Positions 55,607 to 64,000 of a stretch of DNA of 64,000 nt are shown here, one piece after another. The position numbers were made by a program, and so were the translations under genes. Numbering within the stretch: the first letter of the stretch is position 1; each line of letters begins with the position of its first letter. Origin of the DNA: an uncultured Erysipelotrichia bacterium (GTDB lineage Bacteria > Bacillota_I > Bacilli_A > JBKEDG01); assembly GCA_964593055.1 (NCBI GenBank), contig CAZQIG010000005.1:40167-104166 (forward strand), read 5' to 3'. A model generated the notes under the pieces. It worked only from the letters and a program-made list of their open reading frames with translations. It was not told the DNA's origin and did no database searches.

Positions 55607-56158
55607 CTAACTGATTAAGTTCTTCAATGCCTCCTTAATAGCGATATCTTCACTTAACCCCTGTTCCAATTTTTTGATTGCTTTTGTAGCTTCTTGCCTT
55701 TTATACCCTAAAGCTACTAAAGCTTCTAAAACATCACTATAGTGATCATTTTTTTCTTCGACATCAAAATTAATTTTTCCTTGTAAGTCTAAAACAATTT
55801 GCTGAGCAGCTTTAGGACCTATTCCTGGAAATTGCTGTAAAAACTTGGCATCACTTGCGCTAATAGCTTTAGTAATATTAGTCACTGTTCCACTAGCAAG
55901 CATTGCACAAGCACTTTTAGGACCTATTCCTTTAACACTCAATAATGTTTTAAAGAGACTTTTTTCTTCTTTTGTACTAAAACCAAATAAAGTTATGTTA
56001 TCTTCACGTACATAATGATACGTATAAATAATTACTTCTGTATTTAAACTATAATAAAAGGGATTGGGAACAATTATTTCATAACCAATGCCATTATTTT
56101 CAATAACAATATTAGTATTATTAATTTCGTTAATTTTTCCTTTTAAAAAACTGTACAA
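55607..56158 (-). CDS. ruvA: Holliday junction DNA-binding protein RuvA
   Basis: 183 aa. HhH repeats (LLSVKGIGPKSA and FPGIGPKAAQQI). TTG start 5 nt after GGAGGTG. Confidence 0.9.
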   Translation of the reverse strand: MYSFLKGKINEINNTNIVIENNGIGYEIIVPNPFYYSLNTEVIIYTYHYVREDNITLFGFSTKEEKSLFKTLLSVKGIGPKSACAMLASGTVTNITKAISASDAKFLQQFPGIGPKAAQQIVLDLQGKINFDVEEKNDHYSDVLEALVALGYKRQEATKAIKKLEQGLSEDIAIKEALKNLIS

Positions 56159-56245
56159 GCTAACACCTCCAAAAAATGTGCATATAGTTAATTATAACAT
56201 ATTTTATCTAAATATTTTAATAATAAAAGAAAAACACTAAACTAA

Positions 56246-56962
56246 TTAGCGTCTTAATTTTTTACTAGGTACTTTTGGCAAATTCCTTTTATGTTCTGAA
56301 ACAGTATGTAATAATTCAATCTTTTTTACTACCTCTTCAGATACTTGCTCATTTCGTAAATAAGCATCTAAATCACGATAACTAAATCCCATTTCCATTT
56401 CATCAGTTTGATCATCAATTAGACCTGCAGTCGGTTCTTTAACCAAAATACTCTTTGAAACATTTAAAAGTTTGGCTAGTTCATAAACTTCTTCTTTTAA
56501 TAGATGTAGTAATGGTGCTAAATCAACACCACCATCACCATACTTAGTAAAGTAACCTGTATACCATTCACAAGCATTGTCAGTTCCTAAAACTAAATAA
56601 TTATTATGTTGAGCAAAAGCATACAATGTTATCATGCGAAGTCTTGCTTTCATATTAGCTTTAACTTTTAGTGAAAAATCAGGCATCATAGTTGTTAGTG
56701 ATACTAAACTATTTTCTAAATTTATCGTTTGATAATTTAAAGCGTGCTGTTTACAATGTTGTTGTGCATCAAAAAGATCTTCTTGACTATTAGAAATAGG
56801 TAAAATAAAACACTCATGATTATGCGGAAAAGCTTCTTTAGCTAATAATGAGACAACTGCGCTATCAATACCGCCACTAACACCGATAACTACTCCTTTA
56901 GCATTTGCTTTTAACACTTGCTCTTTTATCCATGAAACTAAATATTCTTTATACTCTTTCAT
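56246..56962 (-). CDS. nadE: ammonia-dependent NAD+ synthetase
   Basis: PP-loop VSGGIDSAV, 238 aa. Confidence 0.9.
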   Translation of the reverse strand: MKEYKEYLVSWIKEQVLKANAKGVVIGVSGGIDSAVVSLLAKEAFPHNHECFILPISNSQEDLFDAQQHCKQHALNYQTINLENSLVSLTTMMPDFSLKVKANMKARLRMITLYAFAQHNNYLVLGTDNACEWYTGYFTKYGDGGVDLAPLLHLLKEEVYELAKLLNVSKSILVKEPTAGLIDDQTDEMEMGFSYRDLDAYLRNEQVSEEVVKKIELLHTVSEHKRNLPKVPSKKLRR

Positions 56963-56970
56963 AAAAACTC

Positions 56971-58248
56971 CTAATCAAATAAAGTAAATTCCATATCAAC
57001 AATTCTAATACGATCTTCACCACTACATCCAGCTTTCATAAGTTCATCTTCAACACCCATTTTCACTAAAATACGTGCAAATTTCAAAGCAGCTTCATCA
57101 TATTCAAAGTTAGTTTTATGATATAATTCTTCAATTTTCTTACCACTAATTCGATAAGCACCATCATCATCTCTTGTAATGAAAAATTCATCTTCATTTT
57201 CATACTTAAACAATTTAGATTCAGCAAGTTCTTTTTCGTGATTTAAAACACTAAAACGATGCTTACGATCAACTAAATCAGCTAACTTATAAATTATCTT
57301 TTCTGCCCCTTCAGAAGTAATAGCAGTTAATTCAAAAACTTCTAAATCTGGATATACTTCTTTAAAACGCTCTAAGTTATCACGACTACTTGGCAAATCC
57401 ATTTTATTTGCAACAACTACTTGTGGACGATTTCTTAAGCTCTCATCATATTTAAATAACTCTTCATTAATTTCTTTATAATCTGCAATTGGATCACGCA
57501 AACTACCACTCATATCTATCATATGACAAATCACAGAAGTTCTCTCAATATGACGTAAAAACACGAGTCCTAAACCATGTCCATTAGATGCCCCTTTTAT
57601 TAATCCAGGTAAATCAGCCATCACAAATTCGCGTTCATCATTAGTTTTAACAACCCCAATATTTGGAATGATTGTCGTAAAAGGATATTCAGCAATCTTA
57701 GGTTTTACATTTGTTACAACAGAAATGAAAGTCGATTTACCAACACTAGGAAATCCAACGATTCCAACATCTGCTAACAATTTCAACTCACAAACAATTT
57801 CTAATTCTTGCCCTAATCCACCATTTTCTGCAAATTTAGGAGTTTTATTTCGATTACTTTTAAAAGCTTTATTACCTCGTCCACCTTGACCACCAACAGC
57901 AATAATTGCTTGGTCTTCGTGTTCAATTAAATCAGCAATAACTAACCCAGTCGCTAAGTTTTTAACAACTGTCCCTGGAGGAACATGCACAATTAAATCC
58001 TCACCCTTTTTACCATGCATGCCACTACCACCACCGTGTACACCATTTTTAGCTTTTAATAAACGATTATAACGTAATTCAACTAGTGTTGATAAACCTT
58101 CATCGACTTTAAAAACAACATTTCCCCCAGGTCCACCATTACCACCAGCAGGTCCACCATTCGGAACATATTTTTCCCTTCTAAAAGCAACGATACCATT
58201 CCCACCATCACCAGCTTTAACTGTTAATTTCACATAATCTACAAACAT
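56971..58248 (-). CDS. obg: GTPase Obg/CgtA
   Basis: MFVDYVKLTVKAGDGGNG glycine-rich N-domain, G1 GFPSVGKST, G3 DLPGLI, G4 NKMD, C-terminal OCT-like domain. Confidence 0.95.
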   Translation of the reverse strand: MFVDYVKLTVKAGDGGNGIVAFRREKYVPNGGPAGGNGGPGGNVVFKVDEGLSTLVELRYNRLLKAKNGVHGGGSGMHGKKGEDLIVHVPPGTVVKNLATGLVIADLIEHEDQAIIAVGGQGGRGNKAFKSNRNKTPKFAENGGLGQELEIVCELKLLADVGIVGFPSVGKSTFISVVTNVKPKIAEYPFTTIIPNIGVVKTNDEREFVMADLPGLIKGASNGHGLGLVFLRHIERTSVICHMIDMSGSLRDPIADYKEINEELFKYDESLRNRPQVVVANKMDLPSSRDNLERFKEVYPDLEVFELTAITSEGAEKIIYKLADLVDRKHRFSVLNHEKELAESKLFKYENEDEFFITRDDDGAYRISGKKIEELYHKTNFEYDEAALKFARILVKMGVEDELMKAGCSGEDRIRIVDMEFTLFD

Positions 58249-58261
58249 TTTTACCTCCTAA

Positions 58262-58286
58262 AATAAAAAAGGCATACGCCTCTTTT
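58262..58286 (-). terminator. intrinsic terminator after rpmA
   Basis: AGGC-GUAU-GCCU followed by UUUUUUAUUUU. The stem is short. Confidence 0.5.
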
Positions 58287-58564
58287 TATTGTGGATATAC
58301 ACTCACTTGTTTTTTATTCTTACCAATTCGCTCGAATTTTACAATTCCACCAACTTTAGCGAACAATGTATCATCTCCACCACGTCCAACATTATTACCT
58401 GGATGAACTTTTGTTCCTCTTTGACGATAAAGAATTGAACCAGCTGTTGCAAATTGACCATCTGATTTTTTTGAACCTAATCTTTTAGAGTGTGAGTCAC
58501 GACCATTTTTTGTAGAACCAACACCTTTTTTCGATGCAAAAAATTGAATATTCATTTTTAGCAT
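58286..58564 (-). CDS. rpmA: 50S ribosomal protein L27, with N-terminal propeptide
   Basis: [24 protein letters not shown]... The Firmicute-type 9-residue extension ends in FF before ASKKG. The ORF-track upstream extension overlaps prp and is rejected. Confidence 0.95.
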   Translation of the reverse strand: MLKMNIQFFASKKGVGSTKNGRDSHSKRLGSKKSDGQFATAGSILYRQRGTKVHPGNNVGRGGDDTLFAKVGGIVKFERIGKNKKQVSVYPQ

Positions 58565-58565
58565 A

Positions 58566-58877
58566 TCATTCACCTCCATTTTTCTTAACACTAACATGTT
58601 CTTTATACTGCTCTTCCAAGTCATCAAAAGATTTCACTAATTGCTTAGCAATAATTTGTGTAATATCACTATCACTCACGCTAAAAGCAATCATTGCTTC
58701 TTCTATTTCAAGAACAGTTTCACTTACAAAACACTTCAACAAATTATAAGTATAAATTGTTAGACTACTAATACTAGCACAAACAACATCTTCACCATGC
58801 TCTGCAAATAATGCATGCCCAGTAACTTTAATTTGTGAAATAAAATTATCTTTATAAAAAACTTCTATCGTTGTCAT
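58566..58877 (-). CDS. prp: ribosomal-processing cysteine protease Prp (YsxB-like)
   Basis: 103 aa between rplU and rpmA. Conserved GHA...VCASIS segment (catalytic His/Cys pair). Confidence 0.85.
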   Translation of the reverse strand: MTTIEVFYKDNFISQIKVTGHALFAEHGEDVVCASISSLTIYTYNLLKCFVSETVLEIEEAMIAFSVSDSDITQIIAKQLVKSFDDLEEQYKEHVSVKKNGGE

Positions 58878-59176
58878 TAAGCTACAATTTTTGTAATTTT
58901 AACTTTCGTATACGGTTGACGATGACCTTGTTTACGACGGTATCCTTTTTTAGCTTTATACTTAAAAACAATAATCTTTTTATTCTTACCTTGTTTTTCA
59001 ACTACACCTTCAACACTAGCACCAGCTAACAACGGTGCTCCAACTTTACCATCAGCCATTAAAACTTGATCAAAAACAACTTTTTCCTCAACTTCTTTTT
59101 CTAACTTTTCAATATAAATTACATCACCTTCAGCAACTTTATATTGTTTTCCACCAGTTTGAATTATTGCAAACAT
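58877..59176 (-). CDS. rplU: 50S ribosomal protein L21
   Basis: [26 protein letters not shown]-terminus, 99 aa. Confidence 0.95.
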   Translation of the reverse strand: MFAIIQTGGKQYKVAEGDVIYIEKLEKEVEEKVVFDQVLMADGKVGAPLLAGASVEGVVEKQGKNKKIIVFKYKAKKGYRRKQGHRQPYTKVKITKIVA

Positions 59177-59271
59177 CTTTTCTTTCCTCCTTTGTTCAGA
59201 CTCGACCTTAAGGTGGCATACGCACTTAAAACCTTTTCAGCTCGGTTGTAACTAGAGTATAGTTACAATAC
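59177..59271 (-). promoter_or_regulatory. structured leader of the rplU-prp-rpmA operon (L21-leader-like)
   Basis: About 95 nt and GC-enriched relative to surrounding spacers. Hairpin UUGUAAC-(9)-GUUACAA, then CCGAGCUGAAAAGGUUUUAAGUGCGUAUGCCACCUUAAGGUCGAG. Position is as for the Firmicute L21 leader. I could not verify the consensus. Confidence 0.45.
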
Positions 59272-59277
59272 TTTGAC

Positions 59278-59306
59278 ATTATACATCATTTACTACTAAA
59301 AGTCAA
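59278..59306 (-). promoter_or_regulatory. promoter TTGACT-17-TATAAT of the L21 operon
   Basis: The -35 overlaps the stop codon of the upstream gene (59301-59306). -10 at 59278-59283. Confidence 0.6.
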
Positions 59307-59821
59307 TCTTGTAAGTACTCTTTTAAATATATAATACCAGGCTGTTCTTTATCATTCTCCATATATGTAAAAAGAGTACTAATTAAATAATTATCAATTA
59401 ATAGCACAGTTGCACTAATGTAAGTTGGATCACTAACAACAAGTTCTTGATACGCTTTTCTTGCTAGAGTATTGTCTTTAAATTCTAAAACGACCCCAAC
59501 TAATGTATCACTTGTTAACCCATCTGCAAAACTATAATAGTAATAATGTGACACCTCTTCTTCATCAATCGCTTGCATTAGAGTACTATCACCATTAGTA
59601 AAAGTATGTGTAACATTAGCAAACTCATTTTCACCATGACCAAACAAATTTTTTGGTGAATCTTCGTAACGCACTAATTCTTCATCTAACCAATCTAAAC
59701 TTTGAAATCCATTAAATATTTTTGCTTCTAAAGGAATTCTTTCATTAAAAGCTATATTATAAGTTAAAAAAATTCCAATAATGATCATCAAAGTTATTAA
59801 CAATACAAATATTTTTTTCAT
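59303..59821 (-). CDS. hypothetical membrane-anchored protein
   Basis: 172 aa from ATG 59821 (4 nt after GAGGTGG). N-terminal TM helix, extracytoplasmic domain with a YYYY run. Occupies the position where mreBCD follows radC in Bacillus. Confidence 0.5.
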   Translation of the reverse strand: MKKIFVLLITLMIIIGIFLTYNIAFNERIPLEAKIFNGFQSLDWLDEELVRYEDSPKNLFGHGENEFANVTHTFTNGDSTLMQAIDEEEVSHYYYYSFADGLTSDTLVGVVLEFKDNTLARKAYQELVVSDPTYISATVLLIDNYLISTLFTYMENDKEQPGIIYLKEYLQD

Positions 59822-59829
59822 ATTCCACC

Positions 59830-60495
59830 TCAAAATATTAATAACTGCTCTTCTAACATACTAAAATAAGTACTTTCACTATAAACAAGATGATCAATCA
59901 CCTTGATATTAAATATTATACCACATTCAACTAATTTCTTCGTAATTTTTATATCTTCTATTGATGGTGTTACAATGGCCGAAGGATGATTATGAGCAAG
60001 AATAATATATGATGCACTATACTCAAAGGCATATTTGAAAATTTCACGTGGATGAACTATTGAAAATTCTACTGTTCCCACAAAAAGTTTTTTAATTTTC
60101 AACAAACGTCGACGCGTATTCAAATAAATGCAATAAAATTCTTCTTGATCAAAATTATATGGATACCCTTTCAACAAATTATAGCAATCACTTGCATTTT
60201 TAATAAAAATAGCATTTTGATTGCTGACTTCACACCTCTTACTCAACTCAAAACAAGCTAAAATAGCTAATGCTTTAGCAACTCCTATACCATCTTCTTG
60301 GCACAAATTGACATGATCTAATTCCTTTAACTCCGCTAATCGATATTTAGACATAATTTGTTCGGCAAGCTCTAAAACATTTTGCTTGCGATTACCTGTT
60401 CTTAAAATCAGCGCTAGCAACTCTGAAGTTTTCAAACTGTGAATTCCATGTTTCAAAGCTCTTTCACGTGGATTTTGATCAATATGTTTTTTCAT
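59830..60495 (-). CDS. radC: RadC-family JAB-domain protein (UPF0758)
   Basis: HhH-like N-terminus (LSKTSELLALILRTG...) and JAMM motif ILAHNHPSAIVTPSIEDIKITKKL. Start at ATG 60495, 6 nt after GGGGTG. Confidence 0.85.
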   Translation of the reverse strand: MKKHIDQNPRERALKHGIHSLKTSELLALILRTGNRKQNVLELAEQIMSKYRLAELKELDHVNLCQEDGIGVAKALAILACFELSKRCEVSNQNAIFIKNASDCYNLLKGYPYNFDQEEFYCIYLNTRRRLLKIKKLFVGTVEFSIVHPREIFKYAFEYSASYIILAHNHPSAIVTPSIEDIKITKKLVECGIIFNIKVIDHLVYSESTYFSMLEEQLLIF

Positions 60496-60498
60496 TAA

Positions 60499-60536
60499 AA
60501 GCACCCCTTTCTTTATTCTAGGTAAAAGGGATGCTT
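60499..60536 (-). terminator. hairpin after valS whose 3' arm contains the radC SD
   Basis: 12-bp stem AAGCAUCCCUUU/AAAGGGGUGCUU (one G-U) with only a short U tract (UUUUAA) before the radC AUG. Confidence 0.45.
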
Positions 60537-60540
60537 CTTT

Positions 60541-63129
60541 TTAACTTAGTTTTTTTAAAGCAACTTCTAAACTTTCAAGCTCACTTTCATATTTTGCGAG
60601 CTTTTCTTTTTCTAAATTTATTTTATCATCTGGGGCTTTTTTTAAAAAACCTTCATTGTTTAATAAATTACGTGAGCGTTTAATTTCACTACGTGTTTTT
60701 TCTAAAATTTCATTTAGACGAACTATTTCTGCTTCTTTATCAACTAAACCTTCACTTAAAACGTTTAAAGAGCAATTTCCAATAATATAGGAAATCCATT
60801 CTTGTTTTGTAGATAAACTATCTGTAAATGTAATATCAGATGTTTTACAGAATTTTTGTAAAATCGCTTCACACTTTTGTAATTCGTCAGTTTCTTGACC
60901 GCTAATCACGATTTTTAAAGCAAAATCTTTATTTAACTTGTACTCTAAACGTAAAGTCCTAATCTTCGTAATCATTTCAATAACATTATCAATTACAATA
61001 GAAGAGCTAAACTGATGATTTTCATCAACTATTGGCCAAGTATTTTCAACAACAAAACCATCATATCCCATTTGTTGATAAATTTCTTGTGTGATAAATG
61101 GTGTAAAAGGATGTAATAATATTATAATCTCTTTTAAAACGTAATTTAAAACTTTTATCGTATTAATTTTTACATCATTTGCAGCTTGCAAATTAACTTT
61201 AGAAAACTCTAGATACCAATTACAGTAATCATTCCAAACAAAATCATATAAAACTTTACCGACAACTCCATATTCATAGTTTTCCATATTACGAGTAACT
61301 TCTTCAATAACTGCATTTAATTTGTTTAAAATCCATTTATCAGTCAAAGTTAAAAGCTCATAGTTTATATCTAAATCATGGCACTCTCCTTGCATTAAAA
61401 CATAGCGTGCCCCATTCCAAATTTTATTTAAGTAATTCCAGTTAGCATCCATCTTTTCATAACTAAAGTTTAAATCATGTCCTAAAGATGAAAAGGTTGT
61501 TAGATAATTTCGTAATGTATCTGTTCCATATTTTTCTAATAAATCTAATGGATCTATTCCATTTCCAAGTGACTTTGACATTTTAAGACCATTTTCATCG
61601 CGAATCAAGCCGTGTAATACTACATCTTTAAAAGGTATTTCATTTGTTAAGTAAAGTGATTGAAATATCATACGAGCAACCCAAAAGAAAATAATATCAT
61701 AGCCTGTTACAAGCGTTGATGTTGGAAAGCGCCTTTTAAAATCATCACTATCTTTTAAAAATCCTAATGTTGCTAAAGGCCATAGAGCACTTGAAAACCA
61801 AGTATCTAAAACATCTTCATCTTGAACATAATCAGCGGTTGGTGGTGTTAGTCCAACATAAATCTCATCACCTTTATACCAAGCAGGAATACGGTGTCCC
61901 CACCATAGCTGTCTAGATATACACCAATCGTGAATATTATCCATCCAGTTATTAAACGTTTTTTCCATATGCTCAGGATAAAAATTAACTTTATTCGCTG
62001 TTTTTTGATTAGCCAGTGTTTGGGCTGCTAAATCATCCATTTTAACAAACCATTGCTTAGATAAGTATGGCTCAACAACTACACCAGTACGCTCTGAATG
62101 ACCAACACTATGTATAATTGGCTTCATATCAATAAGTAATTCTTTATTACGACACATTTCGATTTGAAGTTTACGTGCTTCATAACGTGTTAGTCCTTGA
62201 AAAACTTCTGGAACATATTTATTAGCTGACATCGTAGCATTAGGCTCCATGATTAAACGCGGCTCTAAATTATGGCGAAGTGCAACTTCAAAATCATTTG
62301 GATCATGAGCCATAGTAATCTTTACAACTCCGCTCCCTTTTTCCATGTCAACATATTCATCAGCAATTACGGGAATTTTAGTTTCTGTATTAGGAATATA
62401 ATAATATTTCCCAATCAAATGTTGATAACGTTCATCTTGGGGATGGACTGCAAGTGCTCCATCTCCAAACATTGTTTCTGGTCTTGTCGTCATAATTATA
62501 AGATAGTCATCACTATCAACACTTTGATATTTAAAGTAGTGTTCAAATCCCTCAACATCTTTATAAATTACTTCTACATTTGATAAAGCTGTTAAAGATT
62601 GTGGATCCCAATTAATAATTTTTTCACCACGATAAATCAAACCTTCTTCATACATTTTAATAAAAACGTGATTAACATGATCATTTAAATCTTTATCTAG
62701 AGTAAAATGCTGATGTTCATAACTCAATCCTAACCCCAGTTTTTCCCATTGATTATGAATTTCACTCAAGTGTTCATCTTTCCATGCAAAACATTTTTTG
62801 ACAAACTCTTCACGACCAATTTCATGACGAAGTAAATTTTCTTGACGAAGTCGTTCATCAACCTTTATTTCTGTTGCAATCCCAGCATGATCTGCTCCAC
62901 TAACCCACAATGTATCAAATCCTGACAGCTTTTTATAACGTATCATCACATCTTGCAAAGTTAAATCAAAAGCGTGACCTAAATGTAGTTTAGATGTGAT
63001 ATTTGGAGGGGGAATTACAATAGTAAAAGGTTCTTTACTAGAATCTCTTTTCTCAAAAAGACGTGCTTGACGTTCTTTAAGTGCTTTATTTTTTTCAACA
63101 TTTACGTGATTATATTTACTTTCTAGCAT
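60541..63129 (-). CDS. valS: valine--tRNA ligase
   Basis: 862 aa. HLGH (HIGH) and KMSKS motifs, C-terminal coiled-coil. SD AGGAGGAAAAG. Confidence 0.95.
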   Translation of the reverse strand: MLESKYNHVNVEKNKALKERQARLFEKRDSSKEPFTIVIPPPNITSKLHLGHAFDLTLQDVMIRYKKLSGFDTLWVSGADHAGIATEIKVDERLRQENLLRHEIGREEFVKKCFAWKDEHLSEIHNQWEKLGLGLSYEHQHFTLDKDLNDHVNHVFIKMYEEGLIYRGEKIINWDPQSLTALSNVEVIYKDVEGFEHYFKYQSVDSDDYLIIMTTRPETMFGDGALAVHPQDERYQHLIGKYYYIPNTETKIPVIADEYVDMEKGSGVVKITMAHDPNDFEVALRHNLEPRLIMEPNATMSANKYVPEVFQGLTRYEARKLQIEMCRNKELLIDMKPIIHSVGHSERTGVVVEPYLSKQWFVKMDDLAAQTLANQKTANKVNFYPEHMEKTFNNWMDNIHDWCISRQLWWGHRIPAWYKGDEIYVGLTPPTADYVQDEDVLDTWFSSALWPLATLGFLKDSDDFKRRFPTSTLVTGYDIIFFWVARMIFQSLYLTNEIPFKDVVLHGLIRDENGLKMSKSLGNGIDPLDLLEKYGTDTLRNYLTTFSSLGHDLNFSYEKMDANWNYLNKIWNGARYVLMQGECHDLDINYELLTLTDKWILNKLNAVIEEVTRNMENYEYGVVGKVLYDFVWNDYCNWYLEFSKVNLQAANDVKINTIKVLNYVLKEIIILLHPFTPFITQEIYQQMGYDGFVVENTWPIVDENHQFSSSIVIDNVIEMITKIRTLRLEYKLNKDFALKIVISGQETDELQKCEAILQKFCKTSDITFTDSLSTKQEWISYIIGNCSLNVLSEGLVDKEAEIVRLNEILEKTRSEIKRSRNLLNNEGFLKKAPDDKINLEKEKLAKYESELESLEVALKKLS

Positions 63130-63142
63130 CTTTTCCTCCTAA

Positions 63143-63368
63143 AATAAAAAACGCCCTCTGTAAAACAAAGGACGAAGATAATCGCGTTACCACCTTAATT
63201 CACGGCCAAAACCGTGCACTCATATCTTTAACGCAGACATACGTTAGCAGCTACTAAAATTCACTACTAAAGCTCCAAAGCTACTTCAAATAACCGTGCT
63301 GATCAATTTCCACCAACCATTGACTCTCTATACAGACGCTTTTATTTTACTACTCTTCTTCAGCGCTT
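63143..63368 (-). promoter_or_regulatory. T-box riboswitch leader, valine-specific (specifier GUU)
   Basis: On the minus strand: GA/AGAGA elements (GCGCUGAAGAAGAGUAG, AUAGAGAGUCAAUGGUUGGUGGAAA). Specifier CACG-GUU-A (reverse complement of 63292-63294). T-box AAUUAAGGUGGUAACGCG (63183-63200). Terminator CGUCCUUUG-UUUUA-CAGAGGGCG plus U6 (63143-63174). Confidence 0.85.
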
Positions 63369-63374
63369 TTGTAA

Positions 63375-63404
63375 AGTATACTATAAACTACTTTTAAATG
63401 TCAA
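63375..63404 (-). promoter_or_regulatory. promoter TTGACA-18-TATACT of the valS leader
   Basis: The -35 lies within the last codons of the upstream hydrolase gene. Confidence 0.55.
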
Positions 63405-63960
63405 TCATTTGCAAAACTTCTCTGCTACTTAAAATAGTGATACCATTTTGTGCTAATTTATCCATAGACTGTCTATGTACTAGTTTAGCATCATGATTAG
63501 GAGCATCAAAAGTAGCTACTAAATCATCAACTACAATAAGTTTTGTCTCTAAATCATGTTCTTCTAAAAACTTTTGATAAGTTATCGCATATTCATAAAT
63601 ACAAATATCACTTACACAACCAATAATAAAAACGTAATCATAACTATTATTCAATGATGGATTATACTTTAAAAAACCATTTGTCGAATTTTTTTGAATT
63701 ACTTCTATTCCTGCTAAATCAAGTTCTTCAACAACTTTTTCTTCTCCACTACCAATAACACAGTGTTTTGGATAAGATAAAAACTCTTTAGCATTTTCAC
63801 GATGAAAATCTGTATAATGAATTGTACGTATTTTTTTTAATAAAAAAGTTTTGACAAATTGTTTCATCGGCAAAATCAATTCTGCTACATTACTTGAAGA
63901 TAGATTACCGTAATTTGCAAACCCATTTACCATATCAATCATAACAAGTAAACTTCTCAT
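63394..63960 (-). CDS. isochorismatase-family cysteine hydrolase (nicotinamidase-like)
   Basis: 188 aa. Catalytic triad context IDMVNGF (Asp), KNSTNGF (Lys), IIGCVSDICI (Cys). Confidence 0.8.
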   Translation of the reverse strand: MRSLLVMIDMVNGFANYGNLSSSNVAELILPMKQFVKTFLLKKIRTIHYTDFHRENAKEFLSYPKHCVIGSGEEKVVEELDLAGIEVIQKNSTNGFLKYNPSLNNSYDYVFIIGCVSDICIYEYAITYQKFLEEHDLETKLIVVDDLVATFDAPNHDAKLVHRQSMDKLAQNGITILSSREVLQMIDI

Positions 63961-64000
63961 AAACCCTCCTCTTTAATAAACATTGTAGTACATCAATAAC

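Overview
This is an AT-rich, low-GC Bacillota-type chromosomal window that reads in the standard genetic code. It holds about 65 protein genes, almost all on the minus strand.

**Gene content.** Most of it is core housekeeping in Bacillus-like synteny:
- ruvA-ruvB-queA-tgt-secDF-apt-rel-dtd-aspS
- rplU-prp-rpmA-obg-nadE
- mraZ-rsmH-ftsL-pbp2B-mraY-murD-hup-dnaD-nth
- murC-ytxG-ytxH-tyrS
- valS behind a T-box leader

Anaerobe-type functions are interspersed: hybrid-cluster protein Hcp, membrane pyrophosphatase HppA, a clostridial 2x[4Fe-4S] ferredoxin missing from the ORF track, and IspG. There are also several transporters:
- a MacB-type ABC system
- a PhnCDE-like ABC system
- an AGCS symporter
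- an NSS symporter
- a TetR-controlled heterodimeric ABC exporter
- an orphan ECF S-component

**What is absent.** I see no CRISPR array, rRNA, tRNA or intact mobile element. The only mobile-element trace is a decayed serine-recombinase fragment at about 40.5-40.8 kb.

**Non-coding features I can support:**
- a ~198-nt rod-like RNA upstream of tcdA that I interpret as 6S RNA
- a Val (GUU) T-box
- an L21-operon leader
- several palindromic operators
- many intrinsic terminators

**Candidates for a poorly understood system:**
1. A compact three-gene operon at 16.5-18.3 kb, the best candidate. It encodes a SatD-like cyclase-palm plus HTH protein, a DUF3307-like polytopic membrane protein and a 4-Cys zinc-ribbon protein. 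It is flanked by a 620-bp gene-poor stretch with orphan micro-ORFs.
2. An ArsR-type two-Cys regulator with an 805-aa CoADR-rhodanese-TusA-DsrE fusion.
3. An ECF S-component paired with a TudS-like Fe-S protein.

All product calls rest on motif recognition and synteny read by eye. No database search or folding program was run.
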